The notes below the pieces were generated by a model. That model saw only the letters and a list, made by a program, of their open reading frames with translations. It made no database searches and was not told the DNA's origin. DNA of 64,000 nucleotides from an uncultured Methanosarcinales archaeon (GTDB lineage: Archaea > Nanobdellota > Nanobdellia > Woesearchaeales > GW2011-AR9), in contig CAYFJV010000002.1 of assembly GCA_964343575.1 (NCBI GenBank), positions 2,285 to 66,284 of the forward strand. Reading direction: 5' to 3'. The position numbers were made by a program, and so were the translations under genes. Shown piece after piece: positions 28,407 to 38,727 of the stretch (position 1 is its first letter; each line of letters starts with the position of its first letter).

Positions 28407-29162
28407 ATGGCACGCTTTTGGAATCATGTCAAACGCGTCTTTCGAGATGCAGAGATCATTATTGAAGTGCTTGATGCACGCTCTATCGAGAAAAGCAGAA
28501 ATATTGAGATAGAAGAAAAGGTAGCAAAAGCTGGAAAAAAATTGTTGTTTGTGATCAACAAAGCAGATCTTGTTCCAAAAGGAAAGCTTGATCCTTGGAA
28601 ACGAAAGCTAAAGCCATGTGTGTTTATCTCCAGCACTGAAAAACAGGGAACCACCATTCTGAAAAAGAAAATATTGGAGCTTAGTCGTGGAGAGAAAGTT
28701 ATTGTTGGTGTGGTTGGTTATCCTAATGTTGGGAAATCAAGTTTGATCAATGCTCTTTCTGGTAGGGGAGCGGCGCGTACTTCTTCTTGGTCCGGTTTTA
28801 CTAAGGGTGTTCAGAAGATTAAGGTTGATAACAAAATTATGATTTTAGATACCCCCGGGGTCTTTCCCTACAAAGAGAAGGACGAGTTTAAGCATGGGAT
28901 GACAGGGGCAGTAGATTATTCTCAATTAAAAGATCCCGAAACAGTTGCTGAAAAATTTATTGCTGAGCACAAGGAGATGGTGCTTGAGTTTTATGAGCTG
29001 GATAAGAGTCTGAATGATCCTGAGGAGATTTTAGAAGCACTTGCTTTTCACATGAAGTTCTTATTGAAAGGGGGAAGAGCAGATACAGAGAGAACTGCTC
29101 GATCTTTGCTTAAAGATTGGCAATCGGGGAAATTGCGCGATTGGAGATTTGCTAAGGAATAA
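28407..29162 (+). CDS. circularly permuted ribosome-biogenesis GTPase (YlqF/RbgA/Nog2 family)
   Basis: 251 aa; G4 NKADL precedes G1 GYPNVGKSS, then DTPG. Confidence 0.7.
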   Translation: MARFWNHVKRVFRDAEIIIEVLDARSIEKSRNIEIEEKVAKAGKKLLFVINKADLVPKGKLDPWKRKLKPCVFISSTEKQGTTILKKKILELSRGEKVIVGVVGYPNVGKSSLINALSGRGAARTSSWSGFTKGVQKIKVDNKIMILDTPGVFPYKEKDEFKHGMTGAVDYSQLKDPETVAEKFIAEHKEMVLEFYELDKSLNDPEEILEALAFHMKFLLKGGRADTERTARSLLKDWQSGKLRDWRFAKE

Positions 29163-29173
29163 ATACATTCTTC

Positions 29174-31483
29174 CTATTTTTTCTTTTTGTAAGGCTCTTT
29201 GAAAAAGTCAGTAAGGCGCTTGGCAGTTGTTTTCCCAACACCTTTTGCTTCTTGCAATCCTTTTTCGTCTGCATTCACAAGCTTCTTGATAGAGCCAAAG
29301 TGCTTAAGAAGTTTTTTTGCTGTTCCCATGCCAATGTTTGGAAGCGAAGCTACAGCATACTCTTGTTGCTCTTTAAGAGATTGAGGTTTGCTTTGATGTG
29401 GATTGAAGACTTTTCCTCCTGCTTTTCCTTGCTCACGTTTAGCCATCACCGCAAGCAATTCTGCAGTATCTCTTGCATCCTTTGTATAAAGCACAGGAAC
29501 TGCATAGCCAAGCACGATACTCGCTAAAGCTCCTCGAATTGCGTTAGGGTGAATGTTGCGTTGCGCGTAAATATCTTCCTCTCCTTCAATAATAAGCAAT
29601 GCTTGCGGAAAGCTTTCTTTGAGCGTTCTTACTTGTTGGAGCAATCTTCGATCAAGAATGGAGTTAACAAAATCTGGAACTTTCTTGAGCTCAACTCCAA
29701 CTTGGCCAGAAACCACATAGTCTGCTGTGTTGAGTTGCGTAGATTTTGCTGGAATGCCCATGCTGAGAAGTTCTTTGAGTACTTTGTTGTTGTTCTCTCG
29801 GTGGTCTGCTAAGATTGCGATGTTTTGTTGGCCTGTTTGTTGTTCTGTAATTTCTTTTTTGAGAAGAGAAGCGGGTGGAGGAGGAGGAGTTTCTTTTACT
29901 AAGAATTTGTTGAGAGTAGTCTTTTGCTTGACTTTCTTTGCTGTAGAGAAATCTTGTAATGACTTTTCGTTGATAAGATACTTAAGATCTGATCTAAGCT
30001 TATCAAGCACCTTGTACATGTTTTTTTCTTTATGAAATGCCGCCCAACGGTATGCCTCATCTCGCGTTCCTTTAACATACATCACTTTAACTGATCCTTG
30101 CTCTAATCTCCCTGTTCTTCCTCTTCTTTGAATGTTTCGAATAGCGCTTGCTGTGGGCTCATAGAAAATTACTTGATTTACTTTGGGAATATCGAGGCCC
30201 TCTTCAGCAACAGAGGTTGCGACGAGTACTTGAAACTCTCCTGCACGGAACTTGTCAAGCACTTCTTTTTGTTGTTTTTGAGAGAGGCCTAAACCTCCTT
30301 TTTTTGCTTGGCCTACAAAAATTTGGTGTTTGATGGCAAGTGCTTGGAGTTGGTTTGCGATCTCTTGAGCAGAGTCACGAAAGTTTGTAAAGACAATTAT
30401 TTTTGTTTGAGGAACTGTTGCAATCTCTTGCATTACTAGTTTGCTTAGTTTTTCTACTTTAGGATGTTGGATCTGCCTTTCTATGAGGCTTTGTGTAAGG
30501 TGATGGGCGGCTTTGAAGTTAGGATCAATTGCAAGATTCTTTACTGCCTTTGTTTTGCTGGTTCTTGCTTGCTCGAAAAGTTTGTTGAGGTAGACATTAA
30601 GCGCCGTAAGGCTCTGACACTCAAGAAGTTCTAGTGCATGCTCTACTTTAAGCACCTCGGCTAGGAGCGAGAGTGCTTTGAGCACATCATAATTTACTTG
30701 AGACCTTCCAATTCTAGATTGTAAAATCTTTTGGAGGCGTAGGAGTTGACCTTTATTGAGTTGTGTTGTGTTGCAAAGCCCAAGGGCTTTGATCTGTTTG
30801 AGTTTCTTTTTAACAACAATTTTGAACTCATCTTGCACCTTTTTGAGCTCCGCAGGGAACTTGAGTTCTATCCACTCTGTCTCTGTCTTTTGAATGTAAG
30901 GTTTAACGTCGGGATCTTTTTCTGTTCGCAGTTCTACTTTTTCTATAGAGAGGTTTTTACAAATCTCTTGGATTTTTTCTAAATCTGATCCGGGTGAGGC
31001 TGTGAGCGCGAGAATTCTTGGATTGCTTGCTGTCTTTTGATAGATCTCTGCAAGCCAAACATAACTATACTCTCCTGTTGCATGGTGCGCTTCATCAAAG
31101 ATAAGTGCTGAAACGTCTTGAAAAGAAATTCTTTTGTTGATGAGATCGTTTTCCAAACCTTGCGGGGTGCTGATGATTACTTTTGCTTCTTTCCAAAGCT
31201 CTTGTCGTTTTTTTGCTTGCACGGCTCCCGTGAAAACAGTGATGTTGTGTTCTGGGATATTGAGATGCTTTGCGAAGGAAATCTTGTGTTGTTCACAAAG
31301 GGGTTTGGTTGGTGCTAGGAGTACAATTTTACTTTCTGGGTAGAGTTTGAGACGTTGCGCTGCAAGAAGAAAGGCAATAGCTGTCTTTCCCATTCCGGTA
31401 GGTAGAACGGTTAAGGTGTTGTTGTTTACAACGGTGCCTAAAATGGTTTGTTGGTAAAGCCTTGGTGTGAAGTCTACAAGCAT
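29174..31483 (-). CDS. hef: Hef helicase/nuclease (SF2 helicase + ERCC4 nuclease + HhH2)
   Basis: 769 aa; TGMGKT Walker A, DEAH, helicase C; C-term ERCC4 (IEGEEDIY...) and HhH2 (LPNIGMGTAKKLLKHFGSIKKL). Confidence 0.8.
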   Translation of the reverse strand: MLVDFTPRLYQQTILGTVVNNNTLTVLPTGMGKTAIAFLLAAQRLKLYPESKIVLLAPTKPLCEQHKISFAKHLNIPEHNITVFTGAVQAKKRQELWKEAKVIISTPQGLENDLINKRISFQDVSALIFDEAHHATGEYSYVWLAEIYQKTASNPRILALTASPGSDLEKIQEICKNLSIEKVELRTEKDPDVKPYIQKTETEWIELKFPAELKKVQDEFKIVVKKKLKQIKALGLCNTTQLNKGQLLRLQKILQSRIGRSQVNYDVLKALSLLAEVLKVEHALELLECQSLTALNVYLNKLFEQARTSKTKAVKNLAIDPNFKAAHHLTQSLIERQIQHPKVEKLSKLVMQEIATVPQTKIIVFTNFRDSAQEIANQLQALAIKHQIFVGQAKKGGLGLSQKQQKEVLDKFRAGEFQVLVATSVAEEGLDIPKVNQVIFYEPTASAIRNIQRRGRTGRLEQGSVKVMYVKGTRDEAYRWAAFHKEKNMYKVLDKLRSDLKYLINEKSLQDFSTAKKVKQKTTLNKFLVKETPPPPPASLLKKEITEQQTGQQNIAILADHRENNNKVLKELLSMGIPAKSTQLNTADYVVSGQVGVELKKVPDFVNSILDRRLLQQVRTLKESFPQALLIIEGEEDIYAQRNIHPNAIRGALASIVLGYAVPVLYTKDARDTAELLAVMAKREQGKAGGKVFNPHQSKPQSLKEQQEYAVASLPNIGMGTAKKLLKHFGSIKKLVNADEKGLQEAKGVGKTTAKRLTDFFKEPYKKKK

Positions 31484-31552
31484 GAAGGTTTTAGTGGGAA
31501 GGGTTGTTTAAAAAGCTTGAGCGTGGCTGTCCAGTGTTAATTAAGCTGTTTC

Positions 31553-31846
31553 TTAGTAAATTTTAGAGGCATCAGCATAAACTAAATGTACTTTTCCTTC
31601 TTTCTCTACCACAAGAGTCATGCCCTCAAAAGCATGTTCTTTTCCAAGTTTGTTGAAATGTTTGGGTTCTAAGAAAATGCATTGTGTGGTGACCCTTGGT
31701 ACAATTGCAGAGAGAATTGTTGTTTTTTCGTCTTCCAAATGGTAGTTACTTGCTTGCTTGAAGAATTTTCTAAATTTAGCAGTCTTTTTGAGCTCTTTGC
31801 CTTCAAAAGAAATAAAGGTAGTATGCAGTTCCACGGTCTTTGGCAT
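31553..31846 (-). CDS. hypothetical protein
   Basis: 97-aa ORF; no motif. Confidence 0.35.
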   Translation of the reverse strand: MPKTVELHTTFISFEGKELKKTAKFRKFFKQASNYHLEDEKTTILSAIVPRVTTQCIFLEPKHFNKLGKEHAFEGMTLVVEKEGKVHLVYADASKIY

Positions 31847-31949
31847 TGTTTGTGAAGACTTTTTTTTCTTGTTATAAAGTTTTGTTTTTAATCTTTGTTT
31901 GGTTTAGGAGGGAAAGTTTTATATCTCTTATTGATAATTAGAATCAATT

Positions 31950-32309
31950 ATGGTTCGGATGACTAAGCAAAAGAAGGATTTGTACGAATCTCTTGGAGCA
32001 CAGAATAGTTTTTTTGGGGCTGAAGAGTTGCATGCTACGGCGCTGAAAAGGAACAGTAAGATAGGCATTGCCACGGTCTATCGTTTTTTGAAAACTGCAG
32101 TGGAAAAAGGAGAGTTACATTCTTATCTTTGTGAAGGACGTAGCGTGTATTCGCAAAACAAGAATAATCATTGCCATTTTCGTTGTGAGAGTTGTGGAAA
32201 AGTCGAGCATGTTGATGTGAAGAAATTAGATTTTTTGAGTAAGCGTAGACAGAAAGGGATTCGTCACTTTCAAATTGACATGACCGGCATTTGCGAAGAC
32301 TGTTCTTGA
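31950..32309 (+). CDS. fur: Fur-family metal-responsive transcriptional regulator
   Basis: 119 aa; HCHFRCESCGKVEH...GICEDC (HxH and CxxC pairs typical of Fur/Zur). Confidence 0.65.
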   Translation: MVRMTKQKKDLYESLGAQNSFFGAEELHATALKRNSKIGIATVYRFLKTAVEKGELHSYLCEGRSVYSQNKNNHCHFRCESCGKVEHVDVKKLDFLSKRRQKGIRHFQIDMTGICEDCS

Positions 32310-32310
32310 G

Positions 32311-32625
32311 CTAGAGATCCCTTGCCAACTCTTCTTTTATGATCTGTTTGAGATCTTCAGCACTTTGCACTTCTCTAAAGAACTTTCCACTGGGATACAC
32401 AACTGCTGTGCCCCCCGTTTCATGACAAAAGCCCAAACACTTTGTTTTTGTACAATAGACTTGGGTTGCAAGACCGTTTTGCAGAATCCATTGTTTCACT
32501 TCTTTGACTGTTTGTAGATTGATCTTTGGCCCACAACTTGCCTTTTCCATTCCTGGGATTGTTGTACGATCATTTACGCAAACGAAAAGATGTACCTTTG
32601 GTTTTGGAAAAGTGCTTTCTTGCAT
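32311..32625 (-). CDS. thioredoxin-like [2Fe-2S] ferredoxin-family protein
   Basis: 104 aa; Cys at FVCVND, ASCGP, YCTKTKC, GFCHE; convergent with fur (1-nt gap). Confidence 0.45.
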   Translation of the reverse strand: MQESTFPKPKVHLFVCVNDRTTIPGMEKASCGPKINLQTVKEVKQWILQNGLATQVYCTKTKCLGFCHETGGTAVVYPSGKFFREVQSAEDLKQIIKEELARDL

Positions 32626-32638
32626 TTTTTATTTTTGT

Positions 32639-32832
32639 TTGTTTTTAGTGTTGCCAAAGCAGAAGCGTAGGCAAAGCTTCACTTGGATTTTCTTCACTCC
32701 CTTCAAAAAATACTCAGCTTTTATCAATTCTTTCCCTGGCTGCTTCCCACCTCTTTGAAATCAGAGATTTCTAACCTGTTGCTCACTTCGTTCTCAACAC
32801 ACCACCCCTTAATTGGGCAACACTAAAAACAA
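32639..32832. other. 194-bp structured element bounded by a 17-bp perfect inverted repeat (TTGTTTTTAGTGTTGCC ... GGCAACACTAAAAACAA); candidate ncRNA or MITE-like element
   Basis: arms 32639-32655 and 32816-32832; internal hairpins GAAGC-gtaggcaaa-GCTTC and GAAATC-AGA-GATTTC; left arm overlaps the -30 region of 32311..32625. Confidence 0.35.
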
Positions 32833-32861
32833 TTTAAGAAAAAGAGAGAAGAAAGAAGAAG

Positions 32862-33161
32862 TTAAAGTTCTTGCTTTCCACCAAGGGTAACTACTCGGCT
32901 GTTTTCATCAAATTTGACATCTAAGCGAACAAGGTTGTTCACCACCAAGTCGTTTCCCATCAAATAGAGCGAAACATTACGTAAATCATGCAGACGAACC
33001 TTGACAACATCCTCTATTTCTACAGTTTTAAAGGGCACTTTTGCCTTCAAGTGAGGATTGTTCGTCTCAAACAAAGCGATGACTGCAGTCCACAAGCCGT
33101 CCTTATCTTTTCCTGGCTTTCTACTTACTACCACACTTTTACATTCATAGCTCTCTGCCAT
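32862..33161 (-). CDS. hypothetical protein
   Basis: 99-aa ORF. Confidence 0.4.
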   Translation of the reverse strand: MAESYECKSVVVSRKPGKDKDGLWTAVIALFETNNPHLKAKVPFKTVEIEDVVKVRLHDLRNVSLYLMGNDLVVNNLVRLDVKFDENSRVVTLGGKQEL

Positions 33162-33165
33162 AGAC

Positions 33166-33522
33166 TTACTTCAAGAAAGTCTCACTTTTAAAGATTCCGA
33201 CAATTTGTTTCATATGAAGATAATAAGAAAGGCTAAAGCTTCCTAAAAAGAGTAAAATAGCTATGATTCTTCCACTAAGCAGACTGCCAAGAACAAAACC
33301 AAAAAAGAAGAAAGTAACCATCATTATATAGGGTAAGATAGGGTGTTCTACACGATTTACATAAAAAATTCTACCGAAAAGAAAACCTATCAGAAAAATT
33401 GTCAGATATACTGAAACATCATTCTGGATAATTACGGCTCCAAGAAATCCGGCGAAAGCTAGAGCAAAAGAAAAATACTCTACCCAATACCTCCCAAGAT
33501 CAATTTCTTTGAAAAATCTCAT
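33166..33522 (-). CDS. small polytopic membrane protein
   Basis: 118 aa, 3-4 TM. Confidence 0.4.
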   Translation of the reverse strand: MRFFKEIDLGRYWVEYFSFALAFAGFLGAVIIQNDVSVYLTIFLIGFLFGRIFYVNRVEHPILPYIMMVTFFFFGFVLGSLLSGRIIAILLFLGSFSLSYYLHMKQIVGIFKSETFLK

Positions 33523-33553
33523 CTATATTATCTCCTTCCCTATTTACTCTTTT

Positions 33554-34282
33554 TTAGGCTCTCCATAAGATTGAAGCTACCCCTGCAATGGTTCCTAAAA
33601 CGATGACTAGGATAAGACCCACTTTTGTTTGGGAAAGCAAAAGTAAAGTTACAAAAAAGTAAGCTACCCAAGAAGTCCAATACAATGCTCGCGAACCAAA
33701 GTAAATTTGCATACCATCTAAGTTTGGCAAAGGTAAATGCATGGAAAATGCCATAATCAAGTTGATAGCTAGGCCAGTTCCAAAGATGTAAGATTCTGGA
33801 AACATGAAAAGGAAGAGAGCAAAGATGGTTGCTAATATCAAATTAGCAATCATCCCCCAATTTGCAATGTTAGCATTTTCCTCAAAAGAATATCCGTAGG
33901 CAAACTTTCCTATTCTGTGCCTCACCATAAAAGAGGAACGTGTTCCTCCCATGACTAAAATGGGAGCATAACCAAAACTGAGAAGAGAAACAACAAGCGA
34001 GACAATAGTTGCTTCCCACCAAACCTTAAACTGCACGTAATAACCTCTTTCTAAGCCGGCTATCTTTTGCAAAGCAACTCTTGAAAAAAAGCTGACTGTA
34101 CAAAGAAGAACACTCACTACAAAGTACCAAGCCCAAGCAATAAGACGAAAAGCTTCTCCCGGGTGACGCAAGGAGAACATAAACCCTGCCAGAGCAGAAA
34201 TTGCAAGGAGAGGATAAAGTTCTTCTTTTTTGAAGGTAAAATACTTTTTTCTTCTTGCGAAGCGTTCATAGTGTGAGAGCAT
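33554..34282 (-). CDS. polytopic membrane protein, site-2-protease (M50)-like with LDG motif but no evident HExxH
   Basis: 242 aa; HLPLPNLDGMQIY resembles M50 'LDG' region; zinc-binding HExxH not found. Confidence 0.3.
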   Translation of the reverse strand: MLSHYERFARRKKYFTFKKEELYPLLAISALAGFMFSLRHPGEAFRLIAWAWYFVVSVLLCTVSFFSRVALQKIAGLERGYYVQFKVWWEATIVSLVVSLLSFGYAPILVMGGTRSSFMVRHRIGKFAYGYSFEENANIANWGMIANLILATIFALFLFMFPESYIFGTGLAINLIMAFSMHLPLPNLDGMQIYFGSRALYWTSWVAYFFVTLLLLSQTKVGLILVIVLGTIAGVASILWRA

Positions 34283-34327
34283 GGTCTTTGAGAGGGAGGT
34301 TTTGTATTTAAATATTGTTTCCTAAAA

Positions 34328-34786
34328 CTAAGTTTTGGGAATGAAAAGAACTAAAGCAACGGCTGCTTCCTTAAATGTTGCTCCTGGTTTTAGAGTAGCT
34401 TCTCCTCGCGATGTGTGCGACTCAAAAAAAGAAGGGTCAAAAACCAAAAAGGCAAGATTATCTTCGTATCGCATTATTTTTGATAAGAGTCCTGAACCCC
34501 TATAAACATAAGCATAATGAACCGATCTTTCAAGATCGTAATGAAATATCCCTTCTTTAGCACACCAGGTTTGCCTACTTCTTGGAGTATCGGTTCCATA
34601 TTTTTTTGCTCTACGAAAGAAGGCTGGACTAAACCCCCTGTAGCAAAGACTTTTTTGGTAGCAACCATATTCTCTGAGCGCAGTATCAATCGACTTGACA
34701 ATCCCTCTTGTAAAACTTGACCATTGCCTATCACTTATCGCTCGCTCAGCTTCTTGTGGATCATAACTTAGAACAATTTCTTGCAT
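34328..34786 (-). CDS. hypothetical protein
   Basis: 152-aa ORF. Confidence 0.35.
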   Translation of the reverse strand: MQEIVLSYDPQEAERAISDRQWSSFTRGIVKSIDTALREYGCYQKSLCYRGFSPAFFRRAKKYGTDTPRSRQTWCAKEGIFHYDLERSVHYAYVYRGSGLLSKIMRYEDNLAFLVFDPSFFESHTSRGEATLKPGATFKEAAVALVLFIPKT

Positions 34787-34833
34787 AAAAGAGGAGAAAA
34801 AGAGGAAATAGATAAATATTTCTGCTTGAAAGG

Positions 34834-35958
34834 CTATTTTTTCTGAAATATGGTTAAGGAATAACTACTCTGGCCCCTTCTCATTTCCTTTCTTTGAGTT
34901 TTCTCAAAAGTGCTTGGACAAGAAGGGTCAAAAGCAGGGCGCCCAATGAAGATTGCTTGGCCTCCTTTTTTGAGAATGCTATTGAGCTGATAAAATATTT
35001 CATGAAGCCGTTCTTCATCCTTTCTTGTGATTGAAAGGAAGACCTTATCAGTAGAGTGTTTTTCTATTTTTAATTCAACATCTTCCAAAGGAAGCTTTTT
35101 GAGATCGACAAGATCAAGAACTCCTGCGAGCTGCGCATTATTTCTTGCTGCACGATAACAACCCATGCTTTCATCCATTGCTTTAACTTGTTGCTTTTCT
35201 CTCTTTGCTTCTTCGCTTTTTTCTTCCACTTGAAACAAGGAAAGCCAAGCCATTGGATCTTTTCGCTTTGCTTTTCTTAAGGGAAGCTTGTTCTGATAGT
35301 AAGCGGCTTCAATCGCAAGCACACCATCCTTCGAGAAAAGCACAAGCACTTGGTCATCTTTTTTGAGCTCTGCTTCTTTAAGCAAAGCGTAGGCAAAGTC
35401 TCCTTTGTATGATGCCTGGTGAGGATAAAGCCGGTAGCTTCGTTCATCAAAGGGATTGTTATTGAGACGAAGGCCAAGGAGAAATTCTTCTCCTGTCCAA
35501 TAAATTTGAAAGATGAAATCTGGATTTTTGAAATCTACAGAAAATTCCTTTTGACAATATTCTTTGAAAGCTTTTCCGATAATAGGATAGATCTTTTTTC
35601 CTAAGGCAATACGATTTTCGTTACCTTTAACATTTAGAAATTCTAGTTTGAAAGTGAATCTCTCTTTTTCTATTGTTATGAATAAGGTCTTTAGATCAAT
35701 ATCTTTGTGTATCTTTTCTAAAGAAAACTCTTCCACTTCTTTTCCAGTCGCAAGGTGAAGATTGATCGAGAAAAAAGACTGGTTTTGTAAAAAAACTCTT
35801 CTTGCTAAACTGATTTCTTCTAGAGGAATCTGAAAAAGACAAGCATCTTTTGCTTGCTTTACTTCTTTTCCCTTTTGGTTTAGAATTTCTTGAATCTCTT
35901 CTCTGGCAATGTGGCCTAAACCGTCGTTAGTTACTGCAAAAAAAGGAATCGCTGTCAT
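34834..35958 (-). CDS. THUMP-domain protein of the Trm14/RlmL RNA-methyltransferase type with degenerate SAM motif I
   Basis: YRLYPHQASYKGDFAYALLKEA...QVLVLFSKDGVLAIEAAYY aligns to THUMP-MTase ...DPMCGSGTxxIEAA but lacks DPxCGSG and NPPY; start moved to M27 to avoid overlapping gyrA (ORF track 34834..36036). Confidence 0.4.
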   Translation of the reverse strand: MTAIPFFAVTNDGLGHIAREEIQEILNQKGKEVKQAKDACLFQIPLEEISLARRVFLQNQSFFSINLHLATGKEVEEFSLEKIHKDIDLKTLFITIEKERFTFKLEFLNVKGNENRIALGKKIYPIIGKAFKEYCQKEFSVDFKNPDFIFQIYWTGEEFLLGLRLNNNPFDERSYRLYPHQASYKGDFAYALLKEAELKKDDQVLVLFSKDGVLAIEAAYYQNKLPLRKAKRKDPMAWLSLFQVEEKSEEAKREKQQVKAMDESMGCYRAARNNAQLAGVLDLVDLKKLPLEDVELKIEKHSTDKVFLSITRKDEERLHEIFYQLNSILKKGGQAIFIGRPAFDPSCPSTFEKTQRKEMRRGQSSYSLTIFQKK

Positions 35959-36001
35959 TGCTTTGAAAAAAGCTGGCTGCTTTTTAAGCCTTACTTGAGA
36001 A

Positions 36002-38605
36002 TTAGTCCTTGGTCTCTTGAATGTCTGGAGTTGCAATTTCTTGCGAAGATGCTTCCTCTTGCTTTTCTTCTTGAGAAGATGCCTCTTGTGTTTGTTTAGG
36101 GTCTTGCTCTTCCTCTTCTTCAGTGGTTTCTCCTTCTTTCATAACCTTTGCTGCTGCTGCAACTTGATCATCATCTTTCATGCGCATCACGCGTACTCCT
36201 TGGGTTGCCCGCCCAATCCTAGAAATATCTGCGCAAGCTACACGAATAGCGATACCATTTTTGGACATGATCATTAAATCTTCAGAACCATCAACCACCC
36301 TTGCAAGCACAGCAGGACCATTCTTTTCAGTAACTTTGATGTTAGTAACACCTTTACTTCCCCTGTGGCATAAGCGATACTCACTCACAACTGTTCTCTT
36401 TCCATAACCTTTCTCAGTTAAAGTGAGAATTTCTTTATCATCTTTTGCTGCTAGAAGACTAATGACTTTGTCACTTGCTTCAAGGCGCATGCCTCGAACT
36501 CCACGAGCAGTTCTTCCCATGGGACGTACTTCTTCTTCTTTAAAGCGGCAAGCTCTTCCAGATCTGCTTGCAAGAATTATCTCTTGGTCTCCCGTAGTGT
36601 AACGCACTCCGATAAGGTTGTTCCCTTCTTCAAGCTCAATTGCTCGAATCCCTCCCTTTCTTGGACGAGAAAAGGATGCGATGTCTGTTTTCTTCACAGT
36701 TCCATTGCTTGTTGCCATGAAAAGGTAACCTTCTTCAAAATCTTTGATTGGAACTGTTGCTGCGATGGACTCGTTCTCTTTGAGTTGTAGAAGATTTGCT
36801 ACATGTCTTCCTTTCGCTTGACGGCTTCCTTCTGGAATTTGATAGACTTTTAGCCAGTAGAGCTGGCCACGATCGGTGAAGACAAGAAGGTAAGCATGTG
36901 TTGAACAAACATAGACCTTTTCGACAAAGTCTTCATCTTTCATCCCAGTTGCAATGATCCCTTTCCCACCCCGGTTCTGAGTTCGATAAGTATCAAGATG
37001 TAAGCGCTTCATGTATCCTGCGTGAGTAATAGTCACTACTTGCGTTGTTTCCTCGATAAGATCTTCAATATCTAAATCATCACTTCCGCCAACAATAATC
37101 TTAGACTTTCGCTCGGTTGCGAACTTCTCTTTGATCTCATTGGTTTCGTCAACAATAATTTGGTCAACTTTTTCTTGAGATGCAAGGATTTCTCTCAGAC
37201 CTTCTGCAACCTTTGTAAGATCTGCATGCTCGTTTTTGATCTTCTCTTGCTCAAGAGAAGCTAACTTTTGCAAACGCATATCAAGAATTGCTTTTGCTTG
37301 CAATTCTGAGAGAGAGTAAGTTGTCATTAAGTGGGTTTTTGCTTCATCTGCAGTTGCACTTTTTCGAATTGCAGGAATAACATCATCAAGATTGTTAAGC
37401 GCCACGAGAAGCCCATCAAGGATGTGTAAACGTTCTTCGGCTTTTTTAAGATCGTAAGCTGTTCGCCTTCTTACCACTTCTCTTCTATGTAAAATGTGTT
37501 GCCATAAGAAATCCTTAAGGCCAAGAAGTTTTGGTTCATTGTCTACAAGCGCGAGCATGTTGAGGCTGAATGAAGTTCGTAGCCTGCTGTACTTGTAAAG
37601 CTGGTTAAGCACCACTTGTGGGTCTGCATCGTTTTTGAGATCGACCGCAATACGAATACCTTCTCGATCTGACTCATCGTTGATGTTTCGAATGCCGGGG
37701 ACTTTCTTCTCTTTGACAAGGTTGGCAATCTGAATGATAAGGTCTGCCTTGTTGACCATGTAGGGGATCTCTCTGACAATGATTCTCTTTTTTTGCTCAT
37801 CAATTTCTGCAACCGATTTGATAATAACTCGTCCGCGTCCCCGATCGTAGCCAGCAAGAAGCTCTGAGCCCACATAGACTTCTGCTCCAGTTGGAAAATC
37901 AGGTCCTGGAACAATTTTGTTAAGCTCTAATGTGGTGATCTCTGGATTGTTGAGAGTCGCAACAAGTGCCTCACAAACTTCTCCTAAATTGTGTGGAGGG
38001 ATGTTGGTTGCCATACCTACAGCAATCCCTGCGCTTCCGTTTATGAGAAGGTTAGGAAGTTTTGCTGGGAGCACACTTGGCTCTTTCAGGCTTGCATCAA
38101 AGTTTGGTTTGAAATCAACAGTATCTTTCTCGATGTCTTGGAGCATTTCGCTAGCAATCTTTTGCAGCTTTGCTTCAGTATACCTCATCGCTGCCGGAGG
38201 GTCTCCATCAATGCTTCCAAAGTTCCCTTGTCCGTTGACAAGAGGATATCTTAGGGAAAAATCTTGAGCCATTCTCACAAGTGCATCGTAGACAGAAGTA
38301 TCCCCATGTGGATGATACTTACCTAGTACTTCCCCTACAATCCTTGCACACTTTTTGAAAGGCTTATTGAAAGTCATGCCCATATCATACATGGCATAAA
38401 GAATTCTTCTATGGACTGGCTTTAATCCGTCTCTGACATCAGGGAGAGCACGTCCAACAATAACCGACATTGCATAGTTCACGTAGGCTTGTTTCATCTC
38501 CTCTTGGATTGGTTGTGAGATGATTCTTCCCTGGTTTGGAGGTGCTTGATCTGCGGCAGTTGCTGGGGAAATTGCCACTAGGCCCCCTTGATTTTGTTCA
38601 GTCAT
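36002..38605 (-). CDS. gyrA: DNA gyrase subunit A
   Basis: 867 aa; [10 protein letters not shown] active-site Tyr region, GyrA box, C-terminal beta-pinwheel repeats, acidic tail. Confidence 0.85.
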   Translation of the reverse strand: MTEQNQGGLVAISPATAADQAPPNQGRIISQPIQEEMKQAYVNYAMSVIVGRALPDVRDGLKPVHRRILYAMYDMGMTFNKPFKKCARIVGEVLGKYHPHGDTSVYDALVRMAQDFSLRYPLVNGQGNFGSIDGDPPAAMRYTEAKLQKIASEMLQDIEKDTVDFKPNFDASLKEPSVLPAKLPNLLINGSAGIAVGMATNIPPHNLGEVCEALVATLNNPEITTLELNKIVPGPDFPTGAEVYVGSELLAGYDRGRGRVIIKSVAEIDEQKKRIIVREIPYMVNKADLIIQIANLVKEKKVPGIRNINDESDREGIRIAVDLKNDADPQVVLNQLYKYSRLRTSFSLNMLALVDNEPKLLGLKDFLWQHILHRREVVRRRTAYDLKKAEERLHILDGLLVALNNLDDVIPAIRKSATADEAKTHLMTTYSLSELQAKAILDMRLQKLASLEQEKIKNEHADLTKVAEGLREILASQEKVDQIIVDETNEIKEKFATERKSKIIVGGSDDLDIEDLIEETTQVVTITHAGYMKRLHLDTYRTQNRGGKGIIATGMKDEDFVEKVYVCSTHAYLLVFTDRGQLYWLKVYQIPEGSRQAKGRHVANLLQLKENESIAATVPIKDFEEGYLFMATSNGTVKKTDIASFSRPRKGGIRAIELEEGNNLIGVRYTTGDQEIILASRSGRACRFKEEEVRPMGRTARGVRGMRLEASDKVISLLAAKDDKEILTLTEKGYGKRTVVSEYRLCHRGSKGVTNIKVTEKNGPAVLARVVDGSEDLMIMSKNGIAIRVACADISRIGRATQGVRVMRMKDDDQVAAAAKVMKEGETTEEEEEQDPKQTQEASSQEEKQEEASSQEIATPDIQETKD

Positions 38606-38727
38606 TTTTGCTTGTTTTTTCTAGAAAAATTAGCATTAATTTTGCTCTAATCTAACACCCTTTCTCCTCTACAAAATGAGACAAATTGGGCTTTATAAAG
38701 CTTCTGGTGATAGAATGTAAATTGGGA

